From contig JAZDIV010000087.1 of the NCBI GenBank assembly GCA_043804695.1, positions 1-47,454 on the forward strand: 47,454 bases of DNA, in the 5' to 3' direction. This stretch comes from PVC group bacterium (GTDB lineage Bacteria; Auribacterota; Erginobacteria; Erginobacterales; Erginobacteraceae). Position numbers and translations under genes: made by a program. The notes beneath the pieces were generated by a model. The model saw only the letters and a program-made list of their open reading frames with translations, was not told the DNA's origin and ran no database searches. Positions 18,852 to 28,366 of the stretch are shown piece by piece; position 1 is the first letter of the stretch, and each line of letters begins with the position of its first letter.

Positions 18852-20480
18852 GTGAGGGGAAATCGCAATTTCGTCATCCTCGCGGGAATTTTATTACTGG
18901 CGGCGGCGGTCCGGCTCTGGGGGATCGATTATGGGCTCCCCTGCACCTACTGCCGGCCGGACGAGGACCGGCTGATCGCGACCGCGCTCCGCCTTTCCCT
19001 CCGTGATCCGCACCCGCATTATTTTATCTGGCCCGGACTCTTTTTTTATCTCACCCGGGGCGTTCTGGAAACCGCCGCGCTCATCCACCGTCTGCTGGAA
19101 AGCGGTCCTGCCGTTACGCCGCTCCGCCTTTACTTGGCTGATCCGACCGGCTTTCATCTGGTTTTGAGATATATTTTCTGCGGCTTCGGGGTAGCCACGG
19201 TCTATTTTCTCTACCGTCTGGGCCGGCGGCTCTTTTCTCCCGCCGCCGGACTGCTGGCCTCCTTCTTCCTCGCGCTCACATTTCTTCACGTCCGGGACTC
19301 CCATTTCGCGATGCTGGATATACCGGCCGCCCTGCTGGCGGTAGTTTTTTTCCTTCCGGCGGAGCGGATCTGCGAAAGGGGCCGGTGGAGCGATTACCTG
19401 TGGTCCGGACTTCTGCTGGGACTGGCGTCGGCGACCAAATACTACGCCGTGCTGCTGGCCGTTCCCCTGATCACGGCCCACCTTTCCCGGGGGGGCAGGG
19501 GAAAGCGATCAGGAAGGTGGCGGCTCACCGCCGCGCTGGTTCTGAGCGCGGCGATATTTTTAGCCGGATCTCCTTATACGCTGCTCGACGCGGGCTCTTT
19601 TGCCCGGCAGATCAAAGATGAAATCCTGGCCCCCCAGTTCGTCAGCGGATTTCATCTCTTGCCCGGGCTGCAAACCCCCCGGGGGTGGCTCTATCATATC
19701 GTCTTCTCCTTCCGCTACGGGATGGGCTGGCCCCTCGAGGTCCTCGCTCTGGTGGGGGTCGGGTTGGCCGTCCTCCGGGCGATAAGAGGAAGGATCCCGG
19801 AGCGGCTGCTCCTGTCATTCATCCTGCCGTTTTACCTGGCGCTCTCCTTCCAGAAATCCTGCTTCATCCGCTACACCACCCTGCTCCTGCCTTTCCTCTG
19901 CCTGCTGGCGGCCGTGCTGCTCGTGTCTCTCCGGTCACGGGGAAAGTGCCCCGCGGTCCTGCTGGCATTGCTCTCCGCCTCCATCATGCTGGAGCCCGCC
20001 CTCAGGATCATCGGTCTCGATCAGCTGCTCAGCCGCCCGGACACGCGCAATCTGGCGGGAGACTGGATGGAAGGAAACATTCCGCTTACCTCGGCCGTGA
20101 TTTATTCCCAGCCGTTTATCTTCGGCCGCCCGGACGGTTTCTTCCGGTATCCCAACCGGATAAGTGCGCCGCAGGGACTCGGGGCGGCTGAGATGCGCTC
20201 ATTGCTGGATCTGGATTTACCCGGGACAAAGTACGCGGTTATCCACGAAAGCCCCCTTGCCTACTCGTCCCCGGATCCGGAGATCACGAGACTGCTGGCG
20301 GGTGAGGGGGAACTCGTTTATCGGATAGACGCTTTCCAGCTTTACCGCGCCCGGGTGGTGTTTGATCCGTTCGACGCTTTTTACGTGCCGCTGGCGGGTT
20401 TCCGGGAGGCGGCCTTTCCCGGCCCGGACATTCGGATATACGGATTCAGAAAGGCGGGAATACATTTTTTCAGCAACTGA
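18852..20480 (+). CDS. GT-C fold membrane glycosyltransferase (ArnT/PMT-like)
   Basis: VRLWGIDYGLP...RPDE motif, HVRDSHFA, ATKY, many TM segments and a DTR motif before the soluble C-terminus. Confidence 0.82.
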   Translation: MRGNRNFVILAGILLLAAAVRLWGIDYGLPCTYCRPDEDRLIATALRLSLRDPHPHYFIWPGLFFYLTRGVLETAALIHRLLESGPAVTPLRLYLADPTGFHLVLRYIFCGFGVATVYFLYRLGRRLFSPAAGLLASFFLALTFLHVRDSHFAMLDIPAALLAVVFFLPAERICERGRWSDYLWSGLLLGLASATKYYAVLLAVPLITAHLSRGGRGKRSGRWRLTAALVLSAAIFLAGSPYTLLDAGSFARQIKDEILAPQFVSGFHLLPGLQTPRGWLYHIVFSFRYGMGWPLEVLALVGVGLAVLRAIRGRIPERLLLSFILPFYLALSFQKSCFIRYTTLLLPFLCLLAAVLLVSLRSRGKCPAVLLALLSASIMLEPALRIIGLDQLLSRPDTRNLAGDWMEGNIPLTSAVIYSQPFIFGRPDGFFRYPNRISAPQGLGAAEMRSLLDLDLPGTKYAVIHESPLAYSSPDPEITRLLAGEGELVYRIDAFQLYRARVVFDPFDAFYVPLAGFREAAFPGPDIRIYGFRKAGIHFFSN

Positions 20481-20599
20481 TCGAACCGGGATATGATATA
20501 TTCCATAAGCACGCGGGCACCGCTATTGATAATATCTCCGGCATTGTTCAAAACCAACCCGAGTTATGCCTGCCTGTCGGCAGACAGGAATAAATCGGG

Positions 20600-21418
20600 T
20601 TAATGTTGTTTGAGATACTGCTTGAGAAAACGGTCAATCCTCTCAAGGTAGGGTGCCCCCGTCTGGAGAAAGCCCTCCCCGTGACTCCCCTGAATCGCTA
20701 AAAATTCTTTGGGATCGCCGGCGGCCCGGAAGAGCCGTTCCCCCTGCTCGAAGGGGACCAGCTCATCCTGCCTGCTGTGGATGAAGAGCTTGGGGAGGGC
20801 GAGGCCGGGGACTTTCATGATGGTTTCGTATTTATTGAAGATCAGGAGCCTGACGGGGAGGAAGGGGAAGATGACGTGTGCCAGGTCGACCGAAGAAGTG
20901 AAGGTTGACTCGCAGATCAACGCCCCCGCCTCTCGCAGACGGGCCAGTTCGACCGCCACGGCCCCGCCCAGGGATCTTCCGAAGATAACGATCCGCCCGG
21001 ATGGGATGTGCCGCGCCTGCCTCAGGTAGTCGTAGGCTGCCTCCGCGTCCCGGTAGGTCCCGTCCTCGGAAGGGGAGCCCTCGCTCAGTCCGTAGCCCCG
21101 GTAGTCGAAGATGAATACGTTCAGTCCCAGCCGGTGGAAGATTTCGATGCTCTCCAGCCGATGGCTGATGTTGCCCGCGTTCCCATGGCAGAAAAGCACC
21201 GTTCCCCGGTTCTGATCCGCCGGCACCCACCATCCGTGAAGTCGGAGCCCGTCGGCCGTGGCGAGAGAAACATCCTCGTACGCCAGGCCGAGATCGCACG
21301 GATACGCTTCCAGAGTTCGCTGGGGATAATACATCCGGCTCCGTTCGAACTTTCGAACCAGGAACCAGCCCAGGCTGCCAACCAGGATAAGAAGGGCGAT
21401 GAGAGCGACAATCTTCAC
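20600..21418 (-). CDS. Alpha/beta hydrolase (ABHD13/Bem46-like) with an N-terminal membrane anchor
   Basis: HGNAGNI, DYRGYGLSEG, nucleophile elbow GRSLG, IHSRQDELVP and GSH. Confidence 0.9.
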   Translation of the reverse strand: MKIVALIALLILVGSLGWFLVRKFERSRMYYPQRTLEAYPCDLGLAYEDVSLATADGLRLHGWWVPADQNRGTVLFCHGNAGNISHRLESIEIFHRLGLNVFIFDYRGYGLSEGSPSEDGTYRDAEAAYDYLRQARHIPSGRIVIFGRSLGGAVAVELARLREAGALICESTFTSSVDLAHVIFPFLPVRLLIFNKYETIMKVPGLALPKLFIHSRQDELVPFEQGERLFRAAGDPKEFLAIQGSHGEGFLQTGAPYLERIDRFLKQYLKQH

Positions 21419-21567
21419 TTTATTTTTTCTGCGAAAAAATAAATTGTATAAACTATGCTCTAAAAGAGAATATATGCTTCAGGAAGAAAATGTTATCTGT
21501 ATCAATTCGAAAAAATCAGAGTGGGTTGCCTTAAGCCAACAGAAAAATCATATCCCGGAAGACAAAT

Positions 21568-21687
21568 GTTGGCTGATGTTGGAAAGGCTTTTGTATATTG
21601 TTGCCTCGGTGAAATATCTTAATTAACCAACAGACCCGACGCAGTCGGGTCCATTATAAAGTAGCGAGCGCAGCGAGCTAATTTATA
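21568..21687 (+). promoter_or_regulatory. Repeated promoter/leader element, copy 3
   Basis: TTGGCT(21569)-N19-TATATT, gcctcgg, aaccaacag, hairpin acccgac-gca-gtcgggt, hairpin tagc-ga-gc-gca-gc-ga-gcta. Confidence 0.65.
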
Positions 21688-21756
21688 AAGAATACTTGAT
21701 TTTCCGCGGGGACGACTATATTAATTATTATGTTGCCGATTGTTAAACCTATATTT

Positions 21757-21860
21757 TACTGCTTCGAATTTTCCCGACACACGTCGGGATCCCGATTATA
21801 AAATACTTTTGAATAAATGAATCGGGACAATAATCTTATTTTTTCTTCGAAAAAATAAGA
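21757..21860 (+). repeat. ~100-bp dispersed repeat, duplicated at 27680-27787
   Basis: Both copies share gaattttcccgaca...gtcgggat...aatacttttgaata(a/t)atgaatcgggacaataatcttattttttcttcgaaaaaataaga. Confidence 0.85.
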
Positions 21861-21872
21861 GGAGAGGAAAGC

Positions 21873-22544
21873 ATGGCTCACCACGAATCCTGGAGATACC
21901 TGCCGGCGCTGCTGGGGTTGCTTCTTTTGCTTCCCCCCGTCACCGGCGCGGGTGAGGAGCCGGCGGCCCCCGCCGCCGGGCAAGAGGTCGCCCCCATCCG
22001 CCTTGAGCAGTCCAAGAGCGGCTCGGTCCTGATCCTGGAAGAGGATGAAACGGGCGCCGCACCGAAAGATCCGGCGGTTAAAGACGACGGGCTGTCCGGC
22101 CAGCCGGCCCCCGCGCTGCCTCCCGGGCATCGCGCTTTCCGGGACCAGCACGTCCGGTTTTACGTCGAGGATCTTCCGACCGGCCTGGATCGCGCGATCA
22201 AGGCCGCCGCGGCCTCCGGGGGTCAGCTGATCACCTACCCGATCAAGGGGTTTGACAACATGGGCCCGAATGAGAGGACCCTGGTCTTCGACGCCCGGGT
22301 CTACCCCTCGTTCCTGACCAAGCTGGAGGCACTGGGCACGGTGGAGTCCCCCGAACTCGGCCCCTCGGATTTCATCACCGTCCGGCTGACGGTGCTGAAA
22401 AAGAAGGAACCGGAGGAGAGAAAACCGGCGGCGCCGGATGCCGGGGAGACGAAGAGCCCGGATGGCCTGATTGTCATCGGTGCCGGCATCGCCGCCGTTT
22501 TATTGTTTGTCGCGCTCGTGCTGATACTGAGGAAAAAGAAATAA
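21873..22544 (+). CDS. Exported protein with a signal peptide and C-terminal TM anchor (hypothetical)
   Basis: RBS gaggagagg; signal-like YLPALLGLLLLLPPVTGA; C-terminal hydrophobic helix followed by RKKK; GC3-rich codon usage. Confidence 0.75.
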   Translation: MAHHESWRYLPALLGLLLLLPPVTGAGEEPAAPAAGQEVAPIRLEQSKSGSVLILEEDETGAAPKDPAVKDDGLSGQPAPALPPGHRAFRDQHVRFYVEDLPTGLDRAIKAAAASGGQLITYPIKGFDNMGPNERTLVFDARVYPSFLTKLEALGTVESPELGPSDFITVRLTVLKKKEPEERKPAAPDAGETKSPDGLIVIGAGIAAVLLFVALVLILRKKK

Positions 22545-22563
22545 CCACGGCAAGGAGGAGATC

Positions 22564-23046
22564 ATGATCGGATTCCGATTGTTGGCGATTATCCTGGGGC
22601 TTGTCTGTCTGGCGTCGGCGGGCGTCCTCGTGTTTCACGAATATCCGCTGCTGGCCGAGGCGAACACATTCTTCATCCGGAACTTCATCCCGGACGCCGG
22701 CGTGCAGGCGTTCATCAAGTCGCCGGCCCGGGAGGCGGTGGCGGTGAAGAACATCGTCAGGTACATCTTCAGCGGCTACGCCGTCCTCGCCCTGGGAATG
22801 GGGCTGCTGTTTTTTTGCGCGGCGGTCAACCCTCTGCGGATGCGTCCCTTCATCGTGGTGGTGATGATAGGATCGATCCTCTGGATCGCAGGGGCGATCT
22901 GGAAGGGTGTGAGCTTGGATATATATAAAACGTGGTGGATCAGCGATGCCGCCGGGGCGTTGATTCTCCTGGTCCTCCTGATCGCCCTCTTCCCGAAAAA
23001 GAAACCGGCCGCCGACCAGTCCGCCCCGGAGATGGGGAAGGAGTAA
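22564..23046 (+). CDS. Hypothetical integral membrane protein (4 TM)
   Basis: RBS aaggaggag; four hydrophobic segments. Confidence 0.75.
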   Translation: MIGFRLLAIILGLVCLASAGVLVFHEYPLLAEANTFFIRNFIPDAGVQAFIKSPAREAVAVKNIVRYIFSGYAVLALGMGLLFFCAAVNPLRMRPFIVVVMIGSILWIAGAIWKGVSLDIYKTWWISDAAGALILLVLLIALFPKKKPAADQSAPEMGKE

Positions 23047-23183
23047 AGAAAGAAGAGGGAAGATTGGAGATCAGGTTATCAGCATATCAGTGGGAAGAAT
23101 ACCGGGAGATCAGGTTATCAGGCGAGGCCGGCCTCGCTGACCGATCCTCTGGTATTCTGATCCTCTTCCTACGGATCTCCTGA

Positions 23184-23762
23184 TTATCTGATCCGCTTAT
23201 GCAGAGCGCTCCCTTGGCCTCGTATCTCCGGGTTGAAGGAAGAAATCTCCTCCAGGGGTTTGCGCGGGGTTCTTGTTCCCTCATCTTCGGCCGGGTAGCC
23301 GAGCGGGATCAGCGCCACCGGCTTCTCCTCCTTCGGCAGCCCCAGAAGGCGGCTGACGGCCCGGGCGCTGAACCATCCCACCCAGCATGTCCCCAGCCCC
23401 AGTTCGGCGGCCTGGAGGACCAGGTGCTCGCCGGCGATCCCCAGATCGATCAAGGGATAGTGCTTGCCCTGAAAACGGCCGGCCAGGTTCGGGAGCCGCT
23501 TCCCCTTCGTGTTCAGGGCGACGATGACGACGGGCGCCCCGCTGACGAAACCGCTCGGCCGGTAGATCCCGGAGCCGGCCGCCCGGCAGATCGCCTCCCT
23601 CTTCACCGGATCGTCGAAGACCAGGAATTTCCAGGGCTGCGCGTTGCAGGCGGAAGGAGCAAGGCGGGCCGCCTCCAGGCAGAGCCGGATTTTTTCGTGC
23701 TCCACGGGACGCTTTGAGAACCTCCGAACACTGCGGCGATTTTTTACCAATTCGAGGAACAT
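23184..23762 (-). CDS. Nitroreductase family protein
   Basis: MFLELVKNRRSVRRF, LAPSACNAQPW and AAELGLGTCWVG; start moved from the ORF-track value to the ATG at 23762. Confidence 0.9.
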   Translation of the reverse strand: MFLELVKNRRSVRRFSKRPVEHEKIRLCLEAARLAPSACNAQPWKFLVFDDPVKREAICRAAGSGIYRPSGFVSGAPVVIVALNTKGKRLPNLAGRFQGKHYPLIDLGIAGEHLVLQAAELGLGTCWVGWFSARAVSRLLGLPKEEKPVALIPLGYPAEDEGTRTPRKPLEEISSFNPEIRGQGSALHKRIR

Positions 23763-23888
23763 GGGTTGGAGAAGACCGGGGTGATGGAGTAATGGATGCG
23801 CACCGGCGCCGGCAACCCACCACTCCAACACTCCCTTTTGTTCAGTCCGTTATCATTGCCGCAGAGGATGATTTTGTTGGACGTGCTG

Positions 23889-24374
23889 CTATAACTCCAC
23901 CAGCTCCGCTTCCATGGTCTCCGTTTCGAGCAGGGCGGCGGTCGCCCGGCCGGTTATCCACCCTCCCCCCTCGCCCGGGTTGATGACCAGGGTCTTGCCC
24001 CGGCGGGTAATCTCCGCCCGGTGGGTGTGGCCGTAGATGATCACGTCATAGACGCCACTTTGGACCAGGGCGTCGAGCATGTCCGGCTCGTGGATGAGAA
24101 GACATTTCTTCCCGCCGAACTCGCCCTCGTAGCGTTTGGGGTGGATTGTCCCGATCTTCTTGAAGCGCTCGGTCAGGAATAACCTGTCGCCGTCGTTGTT
24201 CCCGAAGACGCCGATCAGGGGTGCCTTCAAATCGTCGAATTCCTTAGCCGTGATCGGCGAGATAATATCGCCGCCGTGAAGGACCACCGCCACCTCTTCC
24301 CGGTTGAAAAGTTCGACGGCATTCCGAATCATGGGCATGTTTTCATGTGTGTCGGATATAATCCCGATCTTCAT
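23889..24374 (-). CDS. YfcE/MJ0936-family metallophosphoesterase
   Basis: MKIGIISDTH, HGGD, GNND, YGHTH and INPGE. Confidence 0.92.
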   Translation of the reverse strand: MKIGIISDTHENMPMIRNAVELFNREEVAVVLHGGDIISPITAKEFDDLKAPLIGVFGNNDGDRLFLTERFKKIGTIHPKRYEGEFGGKKCLLIHEPDMLDALVQSGVYDVIIYGHTHRAEITRRGKTLVINPGEGGGWITGRATAALLETETMEAELVEL

Positions 24375-24510
24375 GGCGGTCAATGTACCATGCACCAAGT
24401 TAGCGCCTGCGGCGTAACTTGGTGTAAAGTTTAAAGTGGAAAGTGTAAGGGATCTTTACACTTTACACCTGGCACTTTACACAGCTGCATTGAAATTCCG
24501 AAGCAGCAAG

Positions 24511-24927
24511 TCACCTTTTTAAGGCCATCTCCAGGTCGATGATCAGGTCGGTGATCCGGGTCTTGATGATGTCCCGGACCTCCCGAGCCCGGTCGGTCGA
24601 CTGGCCGAACGGATCCGGCGTCGGCCAGTGGATCAGTTTATCCGCCAGGAGGTCGGGATAGAAGGATTCGGGGCAGCCCCCCAGGGCGATGACCCGGTCG
24701 GCCCACTCGATCATCTCCCGGGAAATCTGCTCCGGCCGCTGGTCCGTGATGTCGATCCCCTCTTCCCGCATGACCTCGATGACGGCGGGGCTGATGAAGT
24801 CGATCGCGCTGATCCCGGCGCTTCTCGCGTTCATCGCCGCCGCCCCCCAGGCCCGGGCGTATCCCTCCGCCATCTGGCTGCGGCAGGAGTTCCCCACGCA
24901 GACGAATAAGACATTAGTTTTTTTCAC
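24511..24927 (-). CDS. LMW protein-tyrosine phosphatase / ArsC-like protein
   Basis: P-loop CVGNSCRSQMAEG and PDP motif; only one distal Cys. Confidence 0.88.
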   Translation of the reverse strand: MKKTNVLFVCVGNSCRSQMAEGYARAWGAAAMNARSAGISAIDFISPAVIEVMREEGIDITDQRPEQISREMIEWADRVIALGGCPESFYPDLLADKLIHWPTPDPFGQSTDRAREVRDIIKTRITDLIIDLEMALKR

Positions 24928-25122
24928 GAGGCAGTTATTGCATGAACGTTTTTGGTGCAGCGCAAACGGTTACGATAAAAAGTGGAGTGATGGAGTGGTG
25001 ATCCCGCCCGGGTTCCCATTACTCCATTACTCCAATACTCCAGCACCCCAGTATTCCAGATGTAGATTTGCTTTTCTTGGTGTCTTGGTGCCTTGGTGGC
25101 GAATTGACATAAAAAGAGGCGG

Positions 25123-26100
25123 TCAGTAGGCCGTGGTGAGGGTGAGATGGTAGGGGTTTTCGTCGGGAGACGGTTTTTGCCCCACAAACCAGAGCATGCG
25201 GTCTACAGCCTGGGAGGTGACCCCGGGCATCCGCGGCCGCAGTTCCTCCACGATCATCTCGCAGGCCAGGATGGTGGCTGTTCTGATCTCCAGTTCCTCC
25301 CGGGACCGGGCCGGTATCCGGCGCTTTTCATCCACGAATCGCTCCAGCTCGGGCGTATATTCAAGGGCGCCCACCCGCCGGAGCACCTGGGGGATCTTGT
25401 AGTCGGCGGCGGCGGTCAGCTCTCCGATGTCAGTAAAGGCGCCGATCCCGGTCCCCTGCCAGCGCTCGAAGAGCATCGCCGGCGCCAGCTGGGCCCGCTT
25501 GAAGAAGAAGAGCCGGTGCCCTTCCCATTCCGCGGAATCATCGAAGGAGGGGAAAAGGGTGACCAGCAGCCGTACCAGATTGACCGCGCTCCCGCCGGCG
25601 GCCTTCACCAGGCGGGAAAAACTTCCCTGGAAGTTGTCCGTCAGCACCCTTCCCATCTCGCGGCAGATGGCGATCCGCTGCGAGAGAAGAGGGATCTCGA
25701 CGTTTCCCCGGAAGATATGACTGACGGTGCTGGGGCCGAGCCCGGCCAGAAACGAACCGTCCTGGACGGGCATCTCTTCATCAAGAGCCCGTTTCAGGGC
25801 CGCAAACATTCCCCAGGCGCCGTCGAGCAGCCTGCCCCGGTATTCGACCGTCCATTTGGGGGTGCCCCAGTAGCAGAAGTTGAGGGCATTCATCAGCATG
25901 AAATAACCGACGCCGATGTCATCCAGGTAGGGATAGATAAAGGGAAGGTCCCAGCGGGGCCGGGGGAAGTCGTCCTCGTTCACCTGGGCGCAGAAATCCG
26001 TCAGAGACTTTCGGTTGATCCGGACGGAACGAAGAGCTGTTTCCAGCGGGGCAAGAGAGTGCAGGATATCCTTTTTACCGTGATAGGGATGGGAGTCCAT
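25123..26100 (-). CDS. Queuosine salvage family protein (DUF2419/Qng1-like)
   Basis: NALNFCYW, FFKRAQL, ADYKIPQVL, ELEIR and C-terminal YHLTLTTAY. Confidence 0.88.
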   Translation of the reverse strand: MDSHPYHGKKDILHSLAPLETALRSVRINRKSLTDFCAQVNEDDFPRPRWDLPFIYPYLDDIGVGYFMLMNALNFCYWGTPKWTVEYRGRLLDGAWGMFAALKRALDEEMPVQDGSFLAGLGPSTVSHIFRGNVEIPLLSQRIAICREMGRVLTDNFQGSFSRLVKAAGGSAVNLVRLLVTLFPSFDDSAEWEGHRLFFFKRAQLAPAMLFERWQGTGIGAFTDIGELTAAADYKIPQVLRRVGALEYTPELERFVDEKRRIPARSREELEIRTATILACEMIVEELRPRMPGVTSQAVDRMLWFVGQKPSPDENPYHLTLTTAY

Positions 26101-26149
26101 GAGCGATGATGACGGATTTGTCTGTTAGGTCTATTGAAATTAATGCGCG

Positions 26150-27676
26150 GTGAGTATAGTATACCATGTCATGGCGGATTACCAAGAAAAAAGAAGAGAT
26201 GGCCGGGCGATGCCTCCCGACGCGGAGAGGACGGGGAGCGGCCGGCCCGGGACGGATGTGTTTCGCCGAATGGCGACCTTCGCGGACCGGCAGGGGCTGT
26301 GGAAGAGGGGAGAATCGATCCTGGTCGCCGTCTCCGGGGGCGCCGACTCGGTCGCGCTGCTCCATCTCCTGCGGCGGCTGAGCCCGCTCCTCGATCTCGA
26401 TTTGCGGGTGGTCCACCTCGACCACGGCCTGCGGGGGGAGGCGGCGAAGGACGACGCCCGCTGGGTGCGCGAGCTGGCCGGCCGGCTGAACATCTCCTGC
26501 ATCGCGGAGCGGCGGGACGTGCCGGCGGCGATCCGGAAGACCGGGCGCTCGCCGGAGGACGCGGCCCGGATGGTCCGGTACGAGTTCTTCCGCGAGGTCT
26601 CGGAGCGGACGGGGATCGCCGCCGTGGCCCTCGGCCATCACGCCGACGACCAGGCGGAGACGCTGCTCCTGAGACTCCTCCGGGGAGGGGGCCCCGGAAG
26701 CCTGGGAGGGATGCGCCCCGCCCGGAAGGAAGGAAACCTGTCCTTCATCCGGCCGCTGCTCTCGATCCGCCGGGGGGAGCTGCGGGATTACCTGGAAGGA
26801 ATCGGCGAGCCGTTTCGGGAGGATGCGTCCAACCGGGACCACCGCTACCTTCGCAACCGGATCCGGCACCGCCTGCTCCCCCTGCTGGAAGCGGACTACA
26901 GCCCGCGGATCAGGGAGATCCTGGTCCACCTGGCCGAGATGGAAGGGGAGCGCGATGATTTTCTGCGCGACCGGCTGCGCCCGCTGTTTGCATCCGTTGA
27001 TCCGGGCACGGGGCCCGCGATCGACTGCGCTCTTTTCCAGGGGCTCACCCGCTTCGAGCAGGGGGAGATGCTGCGGGAATTCCTCCGGAAAGCCGGGGTC
27101 GAGAACGCCCACCGGCGGCATGTCAAAAATCTGGAGCGGATTATCGGGGGGCAGTCCGGCCGGAGACTGAACGTGGGAGGACCGGGTGTCGTCTTGAAGG
27201 AACACGACCGGCTGATTGTCGTCCCCCGTGCCGCGCCCGGATCCCTTCATCCGTGGCGGTTGGCGATACCGGGCGAGGCGGTGATCGGGGAAATCGGGGC
27301 CCGGCTGATCGCCCGGCAGTATCCCCGCCCCGCTCCCCTGGTCCTGAAGCAGGAGGTCGGTTTGAAAAAATTCTGGGAGTCATATCCCCGAGGAAGAATT
27401 TTGCGGGAATACCTGGACCGGGAACGAGTCGTGCCGCCGCTCACGGTCAGGAGCCGTCTTCCCGGGGACCGCTATTCTCCCCTGGGGATGAAGGGCAGCC
27501 GGAAGATCAAAGAGATCATGATCAACGCCCGGGTGCCGCTCTCCCGCCGGGACCTGATCCCGGTGATCGAGGACGGCGAGAAGATAATCTGGCTGGCCGG
27601 CTACCGGCCGGAGGAGGGATGCCGGGTGCGGGACGAGACGAAGACCATCCTGGAGATCAGCCTGGTGCCGGAATAA
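26150..27676 (+). CDS. tilS: tRNA(Ile)-lysidine synthase (true start may be further in, ~26171-26210)
   Basis: AVSGGADS PP-loop, DHGLR, GHHADDQAET, IRPLL, DASN...RNRIRH and a C-terminal TilS_C region (PGDR...KIKE). Confidence 0.95.
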   Translation: MSIVYHVMADYQEKRRDGRAMPPDAERTGSGRPGTDVFRRMATFADRQGLWKRGESILVAVSGGADSVALLHLLRRLSPLLDLDLRVVHLDHGLRGEAAKDDARWVRELAGRLNISCIAERRDVPAAIRKTGRSPEDAARMVRYEFFREVSERTGIAAVALGHHADDQAETLLLRLLRGGGPGSLGGMRPARKEGNLSFIRPLLSIRRGELRDYLEGIGEPFREDASNRDHRYLRNRIRHRLLPLLEADYSPRIREILVHLAEMEGERDDFLRDRLRPLFASVDPGTGPAIDCALFQGLTRFEQGEMLREFLRKAGVENAHRRHVKNLERIIGGQSGRRLNVGGPGVVLKEHDRLIVVPRAAPGSLHPWRLAIPGEAVIGEIGARLIARQYPRPAPLVLKQEVGLKKFWESYPRGRILREYLDRERVVPPLTVRSRLPGDRYSPLGMKGSRKIKEIMINARVPLSRRDLIPVIEDGEKIIWLAGYRPEEGCRVRDETKTILEISLVPE

Positions 27677-27834
27677 ATTCCCGCTGCGGAATTTTCCCGA
27701 CATCCGTCCCGACATCCGTCGGGATAACAATACTTTTGAATATATGAATCGGGACAATAATCTTATTTTTTCTTCGAAAAAATAAGAATGGTATATCTGA
27801 AGCCGATAGATCAGTTATATTCCATGGGGTAAAT

Positions 27835-27960
27835 GTTGGCTGAGGTTATAAGGCTTTTTATAGTGTTGCCTCGGTGAAAATATTTTAATCAACCAACAGC
27901 CCCCCCGACTAAATCAGTTGGGGGGGTTAATGTAAAGTAGCGCCGAAGGCGCTAATTTAC
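27835..27960 (+). promoter_or_regulatory. Repeated promoter/leader element, copy 4
   Basis: TTGGCT(27836)-N17-TATAGT(27859); hairpin ccccccgact-aaatc-agttgggggg; hairpin tagcgcc-gaa-ggcgcta. Confidence 0.7.
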
Positions 27961-27973
27961 TGCTTCGGAATTT

Positions 27974-28033
27974 TCAGCCCGAGGCTTCAGCTCGAGGCTG
28001 ATCCGCCTCAGGCGGAGATGCGCCTCTGGCGCA
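27974..28033. mobile_element. 30-bp double-hairpin mini-element nested inside another copy of itself
   Basis: tcagcccgaggct[tcagctcgaggctgatccgcctcaggcgga]gatgcgcctctggcgca; free copies at 38276-38305, 44147-44176 and 47298-47327. Confidence 0.7.
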
Positions 28034-28238
28034 CAATAACCATCAAGATACTAAACAATATAGCGCCCCCACGCCTCTGCCGACGAGTAGTTTTTTAACT
28101 TTAGGCACTTCAAACTTTAGGCACTTCAGAACATTGCCCGAACGAAGTGAGGGCTAAGTTCTTTTATTATTGTCTTGCCCCTTTGTTCTGGTGTAACGTA
28201 CTGTTTAAACATATATGAATATTATGCAGGATATAAAT

Positions 28239-28366
28239 GTTGGCTGAGGTTATAAGGCTTTTTTATGTTGATGCCTCGATTAATTTATATCAGTTTAACC
28301 AGCAGACCCCCGACGCCATTGTCGGGGGTCCAGTATAAATTTGCGAGCGCAGCGAGCTAATTTATA
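28239..28366 (+). promoter_or_regulatory. Repeated promoter/leader element, copy 5; abuts the ftsH ATG
   Basis: TTGGCT(28240)-N18-TATGTT(28264); hairpin acccccgac-gccatt-gtcgggggt; final hairpin then tttata-ATG. Confidence 0.7.

Noticed and set aside
21399..21626. Short AT-rich ORFs in intergenic DNA (also 1769-1996, 24924-25187, 34097-34460)
   Set aside because: They are translations of repeat elements, with atypical codon usage and no RBS or motifs.
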